Of a stretch of 64,000 nucleotides of DNA, positions 16,275-29,764 are shown piece after piece. The DNA is taken from NCBI RefSeq assembly GCF_009914755.1, contig NC_060937.1. One strand, 5' to 3'. The DNA comes from the human T2T-CHM13v2.0 reference genome, Homo sapiens. The position numbers and the translations under genes were made by a program. The notes beneath the pieces were generated by a model. It saw only the letters and a program-made list of their open reading frames with translations. It was not told the origin of the DNA and did no database searches. Positions within the stretch are counted from its first letter, which is position 1; every line of letters starts with the position of its first letter.

Positions 16275-16460
16275 GGTCTTGTTAATTGATTAAATTCTCA
16301 CAACAACCTTACAAGGTAGATAATAGTATTACAATACTCATGTTATAGATAAGGAGACTTAGGCACAGAAAAGCTAAAGGGACTTCCCTCAAATTACACA
16401 CAAGATGTGATCCTGGGCCATCTGGCTCCAGAGTCCATTTGTCAACCACTACACTATGCT
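16275..16460 (-). mobile_element. MIR SINE
   Basis: TTCTCACAACAACCTT...GATAAGGAGACTTAGGCACAGA...TCTGGCTCCAGAGTCC...AACCACTACACT. Confidence 0.8.
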
Positions 16461-16719
16461 AGTGCTACAGCTTCAAACAAAGAATCACAGTCACTGAAAA
16501 GTGCTGGAGAGCAACTGCTCGTGGAAATCTTTGCTCTGAGCTTCATGGAACAGATCAGAGTTCCTCCAGGATGTCCTGCTCCATACTCCAATGCCTTCAC
16601 AGCTGTTCTCCCTGCTAACATGCCATGTATGCCCTCCTAATCTGACAAAACCTGGACACTTCCTGGATGTCCAGAGTGAGCCTGATGTCCCTCATTTTTG
16701 TTCCCAGGGCCTAGTGCAC

Positions 16720-16890
16720 ACAAGCCTCCTGGCACTAATTATACTAACCTATACCTGCAAATCTAAGCCTATTTTCCACAGGAAACTAGAACTTCCTAAG
16801 GGTAGATATTGAGCCTTATTTATTTTCTGCCCTAAGTATCTAGCAGTCAGCGGGAACTCCATAGATGCTTGTGGAATAAGTGAATGGTGG
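16720..16890 (+). mobile_element. L2 3' end
   Basis: ACTTCCTAAGGGTAGA...CTAGCA...TGCTTGTGGAATAAGTGAATG. Confidence 0.55.
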
Positions 16891-17974
16891 AATATACAGT
16901 AAAGAATGGTTATTCCCTTTATAACAGAATTTACCAAAAGTTTCTGAATCCCTGTGTTCATTGACATATCATTAATGTCTTGACAGAAAGCCTAAAGGAC
17001 TGAAAGGTAAAGCCACTGCCAACTGGAGATCAATCCAGTATCAGATAAAACATCTTTGAAGTCATGATGTAAGTCAGTGGGAAAGCTTCTACGGGATCTA
17101 AAAATGTGAATTAGACACAGCTTTTCAAGGACACTCCTGTTGCACAAAAGGGAGTGTACACGTTAGAGAAGGTTTGCCTCAGTGCTATCAACATGTAAGC
17201 AGATGGGGACATGAAACAGCTTGTGAATTCAGTCCTTTTCTCTCCAGCTGGCAGAAGCAAGGATTTTGAGAACTCTGCTCTCCTGTCTACTGAAGGATCA
17301 TGTTTCCCTGCTCTGCAATGACCATCAAAGCCATCTGGGAAAAACAAAATTCTTTTGCACAAGAACATAGGGAGCAACAGGGAAGAACAAAGCTGCAGTA
17401 CTTTGGTTCTTTGGCTCCCGCTTCTGGAAAACTCTAGTTGGTATTTTATCTAGCTTGTTCTCTCAGTGGTGTAGTAAATCAAACAGGATAGTTGCAAAAT
17501 GTTCTACAGTGTTGGGGAAGAAGAATTTCTTACATGCCTAGAAAGCCACCAGGGTTGTAAATTAAATTCCTCAAACAAAGCAGCCCCAAACACACAGAAT
17601 ATTAGCTTCCCCATTTTGTGTAGTTTTCTAAGCTCTTGAGATTGTGTACATGTTAAACACATTCACTGCCATTTTCTTCCTTGAAAAAGATTTTGAGTTT
17701 TCTGTCACATCAAAGAATGTATATCAAAGAAATACAAAATGGAATTTGTGATTAGTAGAAACAGAGCATATTAATTTTTCCTTCTAAACAATACCCTAAG
17801 ATGAAAACAGGCTAAAGCCATTATGCTAATCCAGTGATGGAAGGCACAGATTACCACACAAATAAACAATGTGTGTTACAGAATACAGACTAGAGTGTGC
17901 CTCACAATTATATTTTATGGTGGAATATATGTTTACGGAGCTTTTGGCCTGGTCATTTAAGAAAAATGTCCTTA

Positions 17975-18261
<287 letters not shown>

Positions 18262-18439
18262 AAAAATGCCCTTAAGTTTGTAGGTCTCTACAAGTTTCAT
18301 GTGAAATATGGAGTTCTGTGAAAGCCATATCTCATGGAATAAATCCCAATCAATGTCTTTGACCAGAAGTTCAGGAGTGAGTGCCCTCTGCCTATGGTCA
18401 CAGGTTTAATCAACTCCAGTATGGGCCAGTTATCTCTGC

Positions 18440-18769
18440 TACTATGGTCTGAATGTGTGTGTCTCCCCAAAATTCATATGTTGAAATCCTAACCTCCAAG
18501 GTGATGTTATTCAGTGGTGCGGGCCTTTGGGAGGTGACTACATCACTAGAATGGGATTAGTGCTCTTATGAAAGAAGCCCAAAAGAGAACCCTCATTCCT
18601 TCCACCATGCAAGGACACAACTAGAAGCTGCCATCTATGAACAACAAAGTTGGCCTTATCTAGACATTAAATCTGCTGGCACCTTGATCTTGAACTGTGG
18701 AAAATTCAGTTGTTCATAAGCCACATGGTTTATGGTATTTTGTTATAGCAGCCTGAACAGACTAAGATG
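18440..18769 (+). mobile_element. ERVL-MaLR solo LTR (MLT1A0-like)
   Basis: TACTATGGTCTGAATG...TTTGTTATAGCAGCCTGAACAGACTAAGA; 5-bp TSD TCTGC at 18435-18439 and 18770-18774. Confidence 0.9.
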
Positions 18770-20709
18770 TCTGCTCTGCCCAACAGTCAAAGAATGTACT
18801 ATTATTTCCTTTTAACATGGATCCTATGGGACAATTAGGCAGGAAACATAGATGCTTGTTCAAAGAAACAGCATCCCCAAAACAAAACCAATCTAAGAAG
18901 TGCATTCCTCATGAAGAAGAATTTATCAACCATATTAACATGTTGTTCTCTCTTTTAAACTCCTATTTTTTGCTTCTTTTTATTCAGTTCATTCTCAGGA
19001 AGTGTGTTGTGAGAACAGATCTAAGCCAATGTAATCATCAATATTATCAATATTAGGTTCCTTCTGGTAGGTGAGATACGTGGGTCTCCTCTCCCATACC
19101 TTACTACCAAATTTGTCATACGTTCAAATGTCTATTAGCAAGCAGACACAGCACAGGTAATCAGTTCCATGATAATTCACTGTCTCTGTTCTTTTCAGTG
19201 CCCCCCAGCAGTTTGCATCAAGGGCTCAGGGGAGGCAGATGCGTTGATGTTCTAGTGCAATACTCAGCATTATTTTAGTTACTATAGAACAATCCTGCAA
19301 GCAGAATGGTCTAGGCTATAAACCTACAGTGATATTAGAAAGGTGACCAGATTTCCAGACTTGTATCACTAGATTCCCAAATTTTGTTCATGCAATAGTA
19401 CAGAATCCACAAATCTTAAACTCCATTTAACCATTGTAAAAAAAAATACATTTCTAAGTCTTCTTTGTTGATCAGATATGTTGATAATTGAAATGTTTAT
19501 GGTAACTACCTCATGCATCTTTGAAATACTAAACACTCTGAATTGAATATCCTCAATTAGGTGCTTCAGATATTGGTTTACCATCTCTGAGAGATAGAAT
19601 AATTCATGTGTAATACACACACTCCACAGTGTCCACATGGAAGAATTTAAAAGTAAATTACAGAAAGTAAAAACAAGTGGAACCTCTATTTTTAACATTC
19701 TTTCATTAAATTCAGCATCAAAATGAGTGATTCCAGGAAGTACATGACAAAACTCTCCCCACCCATGTCAAGAGTCCTTAGCAAATCTTGTTTCCTTTCT
19801 ACAGTATGTGAAAGCCTGGGGATCCAGAGAGCATGGATAGAGAACAACAACAACAACCCTGAGCATTAGTTCCAGGTAGGCAAATAACCATACAAGTCCA
19901 TTTAGTTTGGAATTTTTGTGCTAAAGTTTCCCTAAGAGGTATTGTCAGACCAACTGAGATACATATTAGTTCTTCCTCAGACAAGTGCAACAGGTTCAAT
20001 TCGGTTGAGTTAAATAACATTATGGAATACATGCTTGTGTTTCTCCCAATCTCACCATCAACCTTATATGCCAGCTTTGAACTATTGGCTTACAGGACTG
20101 CATTAATCACATGCCTGCTTAAAAAAAGTATTTGCCTACTAATAAGAAACAAATTCTTTAGCCTAAAAACAAAACTTCAACCTACCTCTATAGCCTGGTT
20201 GGCGACTGCTTTGACCATTTCTTCCCATTCCATTGAGAATGTCAGTGTGAGCTAGTCTCAATAACCAAAATGACTTTTCACACCTCTCCAAGGATCCACC
20301 CTTAGCTAGCTCTGAGGATGTGGTAAATTAATCTGTCTCACCACAGCACGTGGCAGAAAGCTTATACTGGATGTTGGTCTGGCAGCCAGACAAACTGGGC
20401 CACCCAAAGACCAGGAGACCCCAGACCCCAGGAGTAGGCCTGAGGTAGACAAAGTAGCTAGTCAGCAAGAGAAGGCAGCACCAAGCAAAGAAAGTCCAAG
20501 GAACTCTGAATCCCCTGCGATCCTCTCTGACTTACCCCGTGAAGCCTGAAATGTCTTGTGCCATAAGCAACCTTCTTGGCAGTCCCAGACTCATATTCAA
20601 AGCCCTCGTCAAGTTTCCTCTGCTCTCTATGCCCTTGATTTAGACTGCAGAATTGGTCTGGACTTGCAGTGGGTTTAGTGTCCCTCCCAGGTCCCCAGTG
20701 ACATGTATT

Positions 20710-20897
20710 ACATCTCCCTCCTTGAATGCTTTACCTTGCTTTTTAAGTATTTACTAACGTAACTGACTCCTCACTGGGCTATACATTTCCTAAATGAGCC
20801 TGGGCCCCATTCATCTTAGTGTTCCCAGAACCTAGCAAAGTGCTTAGCTCATAGTAAATGCTTTTAAAAATGTTCATCAAATAAGTGAATAAATAAG
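20710..20897 (+). mobile_element. L2 3' end
   Basis: CCCAGAACCTAGCAAAGTGCTTAGCTCATAGTAAATGCT...GTGAATAAATAA. Confidence 0.75.
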
Positions 20898-22489
20898 TGC
20901 ACTCTAGTTTAGAAATGTAACAGCACTTCCTCATTACTGCATAGCTTGTTGATCTAGATTCTCATTATCATGACCCTGGATAGTACCCATTCTCAAACTC
21001 TTCCATAGTGGATCAGAAGCAAGCCCTTGAGCCCCTTCCCCAACAAACTTTACTGGAATGTACTTCATTATCCCTGGTTTTCATTATCCTTGGTAAGTAC
21101 AACAGTCAATCTGCACACACACACGGTATCTTGATGTTTTAATTATCTTACTAATAAATTCCCTGAAGTAAAAGGCATGTTTGTTTGTTTTTCAATTTTA
21201 TGACAATGTTTTATTTAAATTCTTAAAAACTCTCCGGTATCACTAATAAATACCATATGCAAGAAACTAGGCTAGCTGGGTGGGGCCCAAAAATGATATG
21301 ATATCATCTTTCTTTTCACAGATCTTTTTATCTACATGGGGAACAGGATATAGACCCATGAACTGAATCACCATCACACGAACCATGCAGACAGAGGATT
21401 AGGGAGGCTTTGCCGGGGGGCGGCCACTGGTCAGGTAGAGATGGCATGTGAGGATTTGAAAAGAAAGTGGTACTGAGACAGAAGACATAATTTAAGCACT
21501 TAAGGTCAGGAAAGTGGCAGCAAGCAAGTCTAGGCTCTAAAATGCTTTGCAGCAACCCCAGCAGTGAGCAAGAAGAGGCCGGGATCAGGCCCAGTGGAAA
21601 GGCTGGGTCGAAACAGGCTCTATTTAAGATCAGTGGTGGTCACCCACCATATCCAAACAATATGATTCTTCCAACTTAGCTAAGGGAAGGGAGTAAGGGA
21701 AGCAGGGAGGGAATGAGGGAAGCTCTTAGTGTAATTACTTGTAGAAATTTGGTAATATATGTACACTATGCAGGAAACAATGGTTTTTCCTTAATATAGC
21801 AATGCATGAGGACATATCACTATTTTTCAAACAAAACCCAGAACAGCATACTCAACCCTACTCTCTTATTTGGAGCTGTGTGAAAAAGTAAACTTAACTT
21901 TTGTCCAGACCTTCTGAATAAGGTAAACTGACTCATGTCTAGAAACAGGTTTTTTTCTATAGTAAGAGAATAATTAAATTTTATATTTTATGAATATATT
22001 ATTAAAAACACCAATCAATAAACTCCAAAGGATGAGTTCAAGTTTAGACCAATGAGATAGCCACCATAAGATGTATCTGGGTACAACCCGATGTGATGAC
22101 ACATATTGTGCAGGGTACTATAGGCCCCTAGAGAGCAGCAGCCAGTATTATCCAAAGACTGATATCAGAGGCTCATGTCAGGCTGCTTAACAACCACTGA
22201 GCTGGGCTGGGTATTCCCGCTCTCATCAAGGGGGACTGTGTCCAAATCCCACATAAGGAGGGCTGCAAAGTCTCCCCTATACCTTAGACAGACTGCACAC
22301 AAGTCAAGTCCTTTGATGCCAAAGTAATTTTGTTACTGAGCCCTATAAGACCACTCTCATGTCCTTCCCCCTAAAAAGTAAGAGATATAAAATATACTTT
22401 GCCCTGGAAGGTCCTTGCTTGGAGTGAATGTAAATAGAAGGCTTTGAGTGCAAAGACCTACTGAAAATATAAATGTTCTAATAATGATT

Positions 22490-22625
22490 TATTTGTAAGC
22501 CTAACTCTTCTACTGGACTGGGAGCTCCCTGAGGTCTGGTCTGAATGGTGTCTCCAAGGCTTCATTCAGTGCTCAGTGGACGGTGTAGGCTCAGTACATG
22601 CTTTTTTGAGTATACAAAAAATAAA
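22490..22625 (+). mobile_element. L2 3' end
   Basis: CTACTGGACTGGGAGCTCCCTGAGG...GTAGGCTCAGTACATGC. Confidence 0.6.
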
Positions 22626-23229
22626 TGCTACAAGGCAGGAGAGTGGCCCTAAATGAAAATTTGAGTTTTAAAGTTGCTATGGCATATAAGTACTTAAGAG
22701 ACACTGCAGAAACTGTATAGAATCATGTATAGAATCATGAATAGAATCAATCCTACATGTATAACAATTTATTTGTAGACAAGATCATAGGAGCAGCATT
22801 GTGGATATCAAGGTGGGCTCACTTTCTAATGTCAGAGGCTGGTGCTCATTGGAGTGTGCCTCTCAGTCACATCTAGTTCTTGAAATCTGAGGAAAAACTC
22901 TATTTAAAAGTAGAGAGACTGAAAAAAATGAGTCTTGGATTAGCTAGATTCAGATAATTCAATATTTTTACTACTAAACCACAGAGATCTAGATTACTAG
23001 GGAACAGAAATTGCCTTGAATTAAATACCACTCTGGGTAAGCTAGTATTGGCTTAATGAGCTTTTTGTGTACTGGGCTTAATAAAAAATTGTATTAGTCA
23101 TTTTATACAAATATAGTGGAGCTGATGAATTACTCATAATAAAGAAAAATAACCCCTAATCCATTTTAATAATTCCCATATTTCAAAATACAGAAATTTG
23201 TCCTCAAGCACACAGAATCCTAGATGATA

Positions 23230-23320
23230 ATACAGGCCCAGAGAAATGAAGTGAGTTGCTAAAGTCACATAACTAATTAATGAAGGAGATAAGATTGGAA
23301 CCAAGGTCTCGCAACGCCTT
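23230..23320 (-). mobile_element. MIR fragment
   Basis: AGGCCCAGAGAAATGAAGTGAGTTGCTAAAGTCACATAACTAAT. Confidence 0.7.
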
Positions 23321-23911
23321 GTCTGGCACACTTCTACCACATCAGTGATTTCCAAACAGTGCCCTGTAGAAGCCCTTCGAGGATCCTGGGACAGCAGGTG
23401 AGGGGGCCTGGCAGGCACAGTTCCCCTCTTTGCATCATGCTGTCTTTTCATGCAGACCCTTGTGCTTTAGTGCACTGGTACCCAGATTTGTGGATTTCAT
23501 GCTACTGTAAAAAAATAAAGAATGACTACATACAATTACTATCATGTCATAAAAGAAGGGATATTTTAAAACTCAAAACATTTGGAGGAGAGAATCTTGG
23601 AATAAATAGAAATTATTTATAAAACACAGCATGGTTCCACATTTTTCTCATTTCACTAAGAATAACAGGAAAAAATCCTCAATGTGGAAAGTCACTGTTC
23701 TGTAGACCTTCATTTGGGAAGCAGTGGTTTTGTGGCAAGAACATAGAATTTGGATTTCAACCACATCACAGTAGCAGTGCATCTTGAATGACTCATTTTA
23801 ATTTCTAAGTTTTGTTTCTTATGTATAAAGTTCAATAGTAATTCCTGACACACACCACAGTCCCTCACTCCCATCCTCTGCAAGAGTTGCTCCTTTCAAA
23901 GATATCTACTT

Positions 23912-24050
23912 CTGTTATTCTCAAAAGGTGGGCTCAGGACTACTTGCATCAGAATAATCTGAGGTGCATATTAAAAACCCAAGTTCCTTGAACCTAACCC
24001 AGATGAGGTTTCCAAGAAATGGGGTTGGTTTTAAGTGGTTTAGTTTAGAA
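23912..24050. mobile_element. MER5-type MITE fragment
   Basis: TTCTCAAAAGGTGGGCTCAGGACTACTTGCATCAGAATAATCTGAGGTGC. Confidence 0.6.
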
Positions 24051-25059
24051 GGCACAAAGCCTGAGTTGTTATTTTTTAATGATAGTTTACAACATCTGCT
24101 CTAATTACCAGAGGCTGATGGTAAGATTATGCAGATAAAATTCCTTTGGAAAACTGCAGCAACTATAAAAATAGAAAACAGAGAATAAGGGAAAGGAAGA
24201 CAAGAATAAGGACTAAAGAGAAGATGCGAGGAGGGCAAACCATTTATTCTTAAATTAGTTTTCTTACCTGATGAACAAGGACTGTGAACGGGATCAATGA
24301 CTTTTTAACCACCCCATTAGCAGCTAAACTATTTTCAAAGAAAATCTTTTAAGGAAATAAATCTTTTAAGAAAGCAATGTCTTCTGACAAAGGCAGAGTT
24401 GCTCTAGTAGAAGTGGCCCAGAGTTCTGTCCCGTCAATGCCCTATCTCATTCCCTCCATCCTCCTGGTAGCCTCTGAGGCCCCCTATGCTAGAAGATAAT
24501 AGAATGACCTGCTTGCTCTCTGAGGTATTGTTCTGATTCCAGAGAAGGTAGGTCTAACCATTAACTAATGCTATGTATTTTAATATAATCAACACAGAAA
24601 ATGTAGCCACCCAATCACCAGATTCTCCCTGAAAAGTGATTCACGTGCAGGACATCTTAAGCAGCATGGCACACCACAAACATGATCAATAAGAAGGTAC
24701 CACACTTAATTTTTTAGTCCATTACTGTTCTTCACCTAACACAGAGGTTCTCACCAAGTAATCTGCTCCCTTTCTTTCCTCACCGGACCCATGGAATCTG
24801 TTGCTTCCTTTCCATCCTCCATGGCTACAGCCATCGTACAAGTTTCAGGAAGGCCACCCAACCACCTTCTTCACATCATCCTAGCCTTCAGACCCCTTTA
24901 GTCCATCTAATATCTTCTTGCCAACTCATTGTCTTGATAGTGACATCTGAAAACAAGTTCTCACCCCATGGTCTTCATAGAGACAATTCCAACTCATTAA
25001 CCCCAGACACTCACATTTCTTAGCTCCTCTCATTAAAAAGCACACTGGTCTAGGGGTCT

Positions 25060-25770
25060 TTTTGAGTCATCAGGGTCCAAGCTCCTGCTCCACACCTCAC
25101 ACACGTGTTCCTCTCCAGGCTCCTATCTCAGGAGATGACAGATTCCACCACTCACCAAGGTGTTGAGATCAAATCCTTATAGTCACTCTTGACATGTTTA
25201 CTTCTCTCAAATCCCCATCCTACCCACATGTATGAAACAAGGCCCCTCCTCACGCCCTCCACCCTGGCCACCATCATGCCTCCCTGGCTTGCTCTCTGCT
25301 CCCATCTTCTTCTACTTTTCTTCTTGCTCAGCTCACTCTGCTCCAGCTCCCTAGCCTTCTTGCTGTCCTCCAATACACCAAGCACATTCCAGTTTCTGGG
25401 CCTTTGTACATGCCTGTTCCTCTGCCTGGAATGCTCTTCCCCAAGATGTCTGCATGGATATAGCCCTCTTTTCATTGAGGTTCTGCTTCAATATCACTGC
25501 TTCAGAGAGGTCTTCCCTAAGCACCTTATTTCAAAGAGTGCTTCTACAACTCTATCTTTACCCTGCTTAATTTTTCTTCATAACATCACCACCTGAAATT
25601 CAATTATATATGCATCAGTTGACACATTTATTATCTGATTCCACTCTCATTTGTTGTGGAGCAGCATGAAGTCTGAGTGGTAACTTTGTTTCTGACCCAG
25701 TGTCACCGATGTCTAGAATGATATAGGGCACTCTGAAGGTTTTCAATAAGTCAATCACTCAATTAAACAA
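25060..25770 (+). mobile_element. L2a 3' portion
   Basis: GGGCCTTTGTACATGCCTGTTCCTCTGCCTGGAATGCTCTTCCCC; ACCACCCTGGCC-type L2 motifs; source of ORFs 25152-25596. Confidence 0.85.
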
Positions 25771-25842
25771 AAATCTAACTCATCTTTAAATCCCTCATTT
25801 TATCAACTACTCCTTCACATTTAATATTAAATAATGTATATT

Positions 25843-26694
25843 TTTAAATTTTTTAAATTGTGGTAAAACACACTTAACAAAATTTACCATCTTAACCATT
25901 TTTAAATGTACCGTGCAGTAGCAGTCATTGCATTCACATTGTGCAAGCATCATCACCATCCATCCACGGAACTCTCTTCATCTTGCAAAATGGAAACTCC
26001 ACATCCATGAGACAATAACTCCCCATTCTTCCTTCTCTAGCCCCTGGCAACCACCATTCTACTTTCTGTCTCTATGAATGTGACTACTCTAGGTACTTCA
26101 TATAAATGGAATCCTATAAACTACAAATCATTATATGCAAAACTTGAATAATTCTCTTTAAACCTTGCATCAACTCAATTCAATTTTTGACTGGCTTATT
26201 TCACTTAACATAATATTCTCAAGGTTCATCCATGTTGGTTCTTTGGCCTATATTCCCAAAAGTAGAACTGCTGGATCATATGGCAATTCTATTTTTGTTT
26301 TTTTGAGGAACTGTCCTACCGTTTCCCACAGCAGCTGCATCATTTTGCATTCCTATTAACAATGCACAAGGGTTCCAATTTCTGTACATCCTAACCAACA
26401 CTTATTTGGTTTTTTTTGATAGTAGTCATCCTAACAGGTGTGAAATGGTATCTCCATGTGGTTTTGATTTGCATTTCCCTAGTCATTAGTGATGCTGAGT
26501 ATCTTTCCTTGTGCTTATTAGCCATTTGTATATCTTCTTTGGAGAAATGTCTTTTCCAGTCCTTTGCCCATTTTTTAATCAGGCTGCTTGGGTTTTTGTT
26601 GTTGTTGGGTTGTAGAGGTTTTTAGATATTCTGGGTATTAACCCCTTATCAAATATATGATTTGCAAATATTTTCTCCCATCCAGTGGGGTTAC
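25843..26694 (-). mobile_element. L1MB (L1MB3-like) 3' portion
   Basis: ATTGTGGTAAAACAC...CCCCTGGCAACCACCATTCTACTTTCTGTCTCTATG; ORF2 end GWEKIFANHIFDKGLI; TSD TAAATAATGTATATT (25828-25842) / TAAATAATTTATATT (26695-26709). Confidence 0.9.
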
Positions 26695-27536
26695 TAAATA
26701 ATTTATATTCTTCATTTTTTAAGTTGGTTGGTTCTCTTAATCTATCCATAACGGTTTCTACTTTGGACAGTGTACTCACAGAGAACAGAGATGGTGCCTG
26801 TTGATTTGATCCATGCAATGCTTAACAAACAATGCTCTATGCAGGCTGGATGGTTAAAGTTTTTTGAAGATTATACAACAATATAGTGTACTATTTGGTA
26901 TCACTTTTCTTTCAATAGTGGCAGACAAATGGAAGTACAACTGTTAATTAAAAGCACATAATGTTGCCTGATTATGAGTAAAATGTCCCAGCTCACTACA
27001 GCACAATTCCTACAGCATTAGTGGAGAATTAACTAGCTTTATTAAAGATTTGGAGGACTAGTCACTTTTTCATCATCCTTTAATTAAAACCTCCACATCT
27101 TCCACTTAAAAGCCTTTGTTTCGTACCCATTATTTTCATTCTTTATTCTGGCCTTGAAAAACCAGGATGAAAAACAGTAAAAGCAAAAACGTTTCTAAAT
27201 GAGCTTTTCATGCTGTAATAATAAAAAGGCATAGCTTTCTAAAATACTGAAAAAAAATAAAATTTTAATGTTCTTTGAACTAGAAGGCCAGGAAAAGAAA
27301 CAGAGAAAAGCAGTGTTTAGCAGAACATTTTGGAGTTCAATGTTCTTTTATATTCTAAAATGAATTAATGCTACTATATAATTTCTCTCTACCTTCCCAC
27401 TCACACTAACTGAAAGATACCACAGTTGAGGGGTACCAGTTCAAGGTCCTAAAGTGGAAAGCTATTGTTATACTCTAGCCTACTTTACTTTTTTCTTAAC
27501 TTGGAATCATTATTTATTTTGAAGTAAATGGCATGA

Positions 27537-27910
27537 TGCAGTGGTTTGAATGTGCCCCCTCCAAAATTCAGGTATTGAAACTTAATGGCCAATGTGATAG
27601 GATTAAGAGGTGACATGGTCATACGGGCTTGTTCCTCATGAATGGGATTACGGCCCATATGAAACAGGCATTACACAGCATTCGGCCCTCTTGCCCTTCT
27701 GCCGTGTGAAGACACAGCATTCCTCCCCTCTGGAGGATGCAGAAACAATGCACTCTATTGGAAGCAGAGTGCAGCCCTACAGACATCAAACTTGCCAGAG
27801 CCTTGTTCTTGAAATTCCCAACCTCCAGAACTGTGAGAAATGAATTTATGTTCTTCATAAATTACCCAGTTTCAGGTATTTTGTTACAGCAACACTAATG
27901 AACTAAGACA
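27537..27910 (+). mobile_element. ERVL-MaLR solo LTR (MSTC/MSTD-like)
   Basis: TG..GGTTTGAATGTG start, CCTCCAGAACTGTGAGAAAT, ends ACTAAGACA. Confidence 0.9.
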
Positions 27911-29039
27911 CACGGCAAGACAGAACCTCCCTCAACCTCAGCTCCCTCCTCCCGAAGATCCACGCATAAGGGTGCCCAGCACAGACCCTCACAAATATCA
28001 GACACTTAATAATAAATTAATAATTTAAAAACCATTAGCTAGAATTTGGTGGATGTTCTGGGCCAAACCTCATACTGTGTGCTTCATATTCACAATGTCA
28101 CAACAACTACATAGGCAGCTGTGGTCACTTGATGACCACTATACAATGTTACACTTAACTGCATATTTCTCCCCATAACTTGCCCAACCCAAGTTACAGA
28201 CTTTCTCTCCCCTAAAAATACTAGAATATGCTACTTAGGGAAAGGAGAACTTGATTTTTTAAAAAATATATTGATTTTGGAGCCTACATTTCTAAATCTT
28301 TGTATACAGTTTATAGAGTTCATTACATAGCTAATTTCAGCTCAGCTGAGAAGAAATCTAAAAATAATATGCTTTTTGGTTTCGTCACTGAAACATTCAT
28401 TCTGTCATTGAATTTAGCCTGATGCATCTTACAAGAAGAAAAATCTGATATAATGTGTGTGGAAAAGAATTTGACTGATGGAAAGGAATAAAAGTGAGCC
28501 AGTGCAATGTCTATACCAGAATTATTATTTGTATGATTAAAACATAAAGACACCTGAATTTATCTTTTCTGCTTCTGCTGTTTCAGTCTCATTAAGACTA
28601 TGTTTCTGCTTTCTTCTAAATATTGTTTTCCATATTTCAAACATCTAATTAAGTAAACACAATACAAAGTGAGATGATATACTGTTTGGAAAACCATAAA
28701 ATTATAGAGTAGATAGACTTCCATTATAATCCAATTTTCATTCTGTCATAATTTTCCAAGAGAGTTTCCTTTGGGGTTAAAATTTTCTAAGCTTGATTTC
28801 AGTTCAAAATTGAATGTTTTCATTCACTTGTATGTAGAAAAGACTCAATTCAGTCTTTTCTGTTGATCATATGAGTGTGTTTCCTTTAAAAGTAGACAAG
28901 GCTTAATTTTGTTGATGAAACCTATGACAGACTTCTAGACCCACCTTACTTTCAACTTCTTGGGCACTTAAAATAATTACTTAAGTAATATAAAGGGTAC
29001 AGAAGCCAACAGAGAATATGTTTCTTTGCCTTAGTCCTC

Positions 29040-29710
29040 CAGTCCTACCCTATGTACAACGTGCCCCCAGCATATACCCTTTGTATACATAGGACTGTTG
29101 TCTTACCACAGAAACTAAGAACTAGAATTGTTGGATCAAAAGGAATGCACTTTTTAAATAGTAATATATGCTGCCCAACTATCTTCCAAAAAGCCTTCAC
29201 TACATTATTATAATCTCACCAAAAGCACATAGATGAGAATACCTATTGCCTATATTTATTAACACTGAATGTTATTGATCTATTGAATAAAAAGTTATCT
29301 TAATATAAAATTTCAAAATTATGAGTATTTTATTGTCCATTTAAAAAATTGTATCTCTTATCTTGCCTTTGAATATTTATTTTTCATTTTGCTGCAGTAG
29401 AGCTGTAAGTTATTCTTTCATAGAAGGTTTTGTACCTCTAAAAGTATTTTGCCTTTATGTTTGAGAATCCTAGGTTCAAAAAGTTTTCCACGAGAATTTT
29501 AAAGTCTTGTGCTTCACTGTATTACAGAATCCAGGGCGGCCAAAAAGAAGTCCACTAACAGAATCCTCTTTCTTTCTTAGGTAGATTTTTTAATATATAG
29601 GTTATTTGTCTTTCATCATGCTGGGAAAGTGATTGACCCACTTAATCTGAAGGCACAAATCTGTCTTCGATTTAGAGAAATTATCTTATTTATTTGATAA
29701 TTGCCTTGTA
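29040..29710 (-). mobile_element. Ancient L1ME/HAL1-type fragments
   Basis: AGAATTGTTGGATCAAAAGG...CTATCTTCCAAAAAG (reverse ORF2 end); GAATCCTAGGTTCAAAA...GAATTTTAAAG (reverse ORF1 C-terminus). Confidence 0.5.
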
Positions 29711-29764
29711 TTTTGAGAGGACTGCTTCAATTTCTCAAGTAATAATATTAATAATGATAACAGA

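Noticed and set aside
20536-20644. Minus-strand exon-like segment with an open frame (KLDEGFEYESGTAKK)
   Set aside because: Weak acceptor, unrecognised peptide, and the sequence resembles degraded L2 next to an L2 3' end.
20300-22350. GC-richer unique patches (20.3-20.7, 21.35-21.7 and 22.0-22.35 kb), possibly ancient LTRs or enhancers
   Set aside because: I could not match them to any family or motif set with confidence.
25152-25596. 107- and 135-aa ORFs, leucine/serine-rich and membrane-like
   Set aside because: They lie within an L2 relic; the composition reflects its pyrimidine bias.
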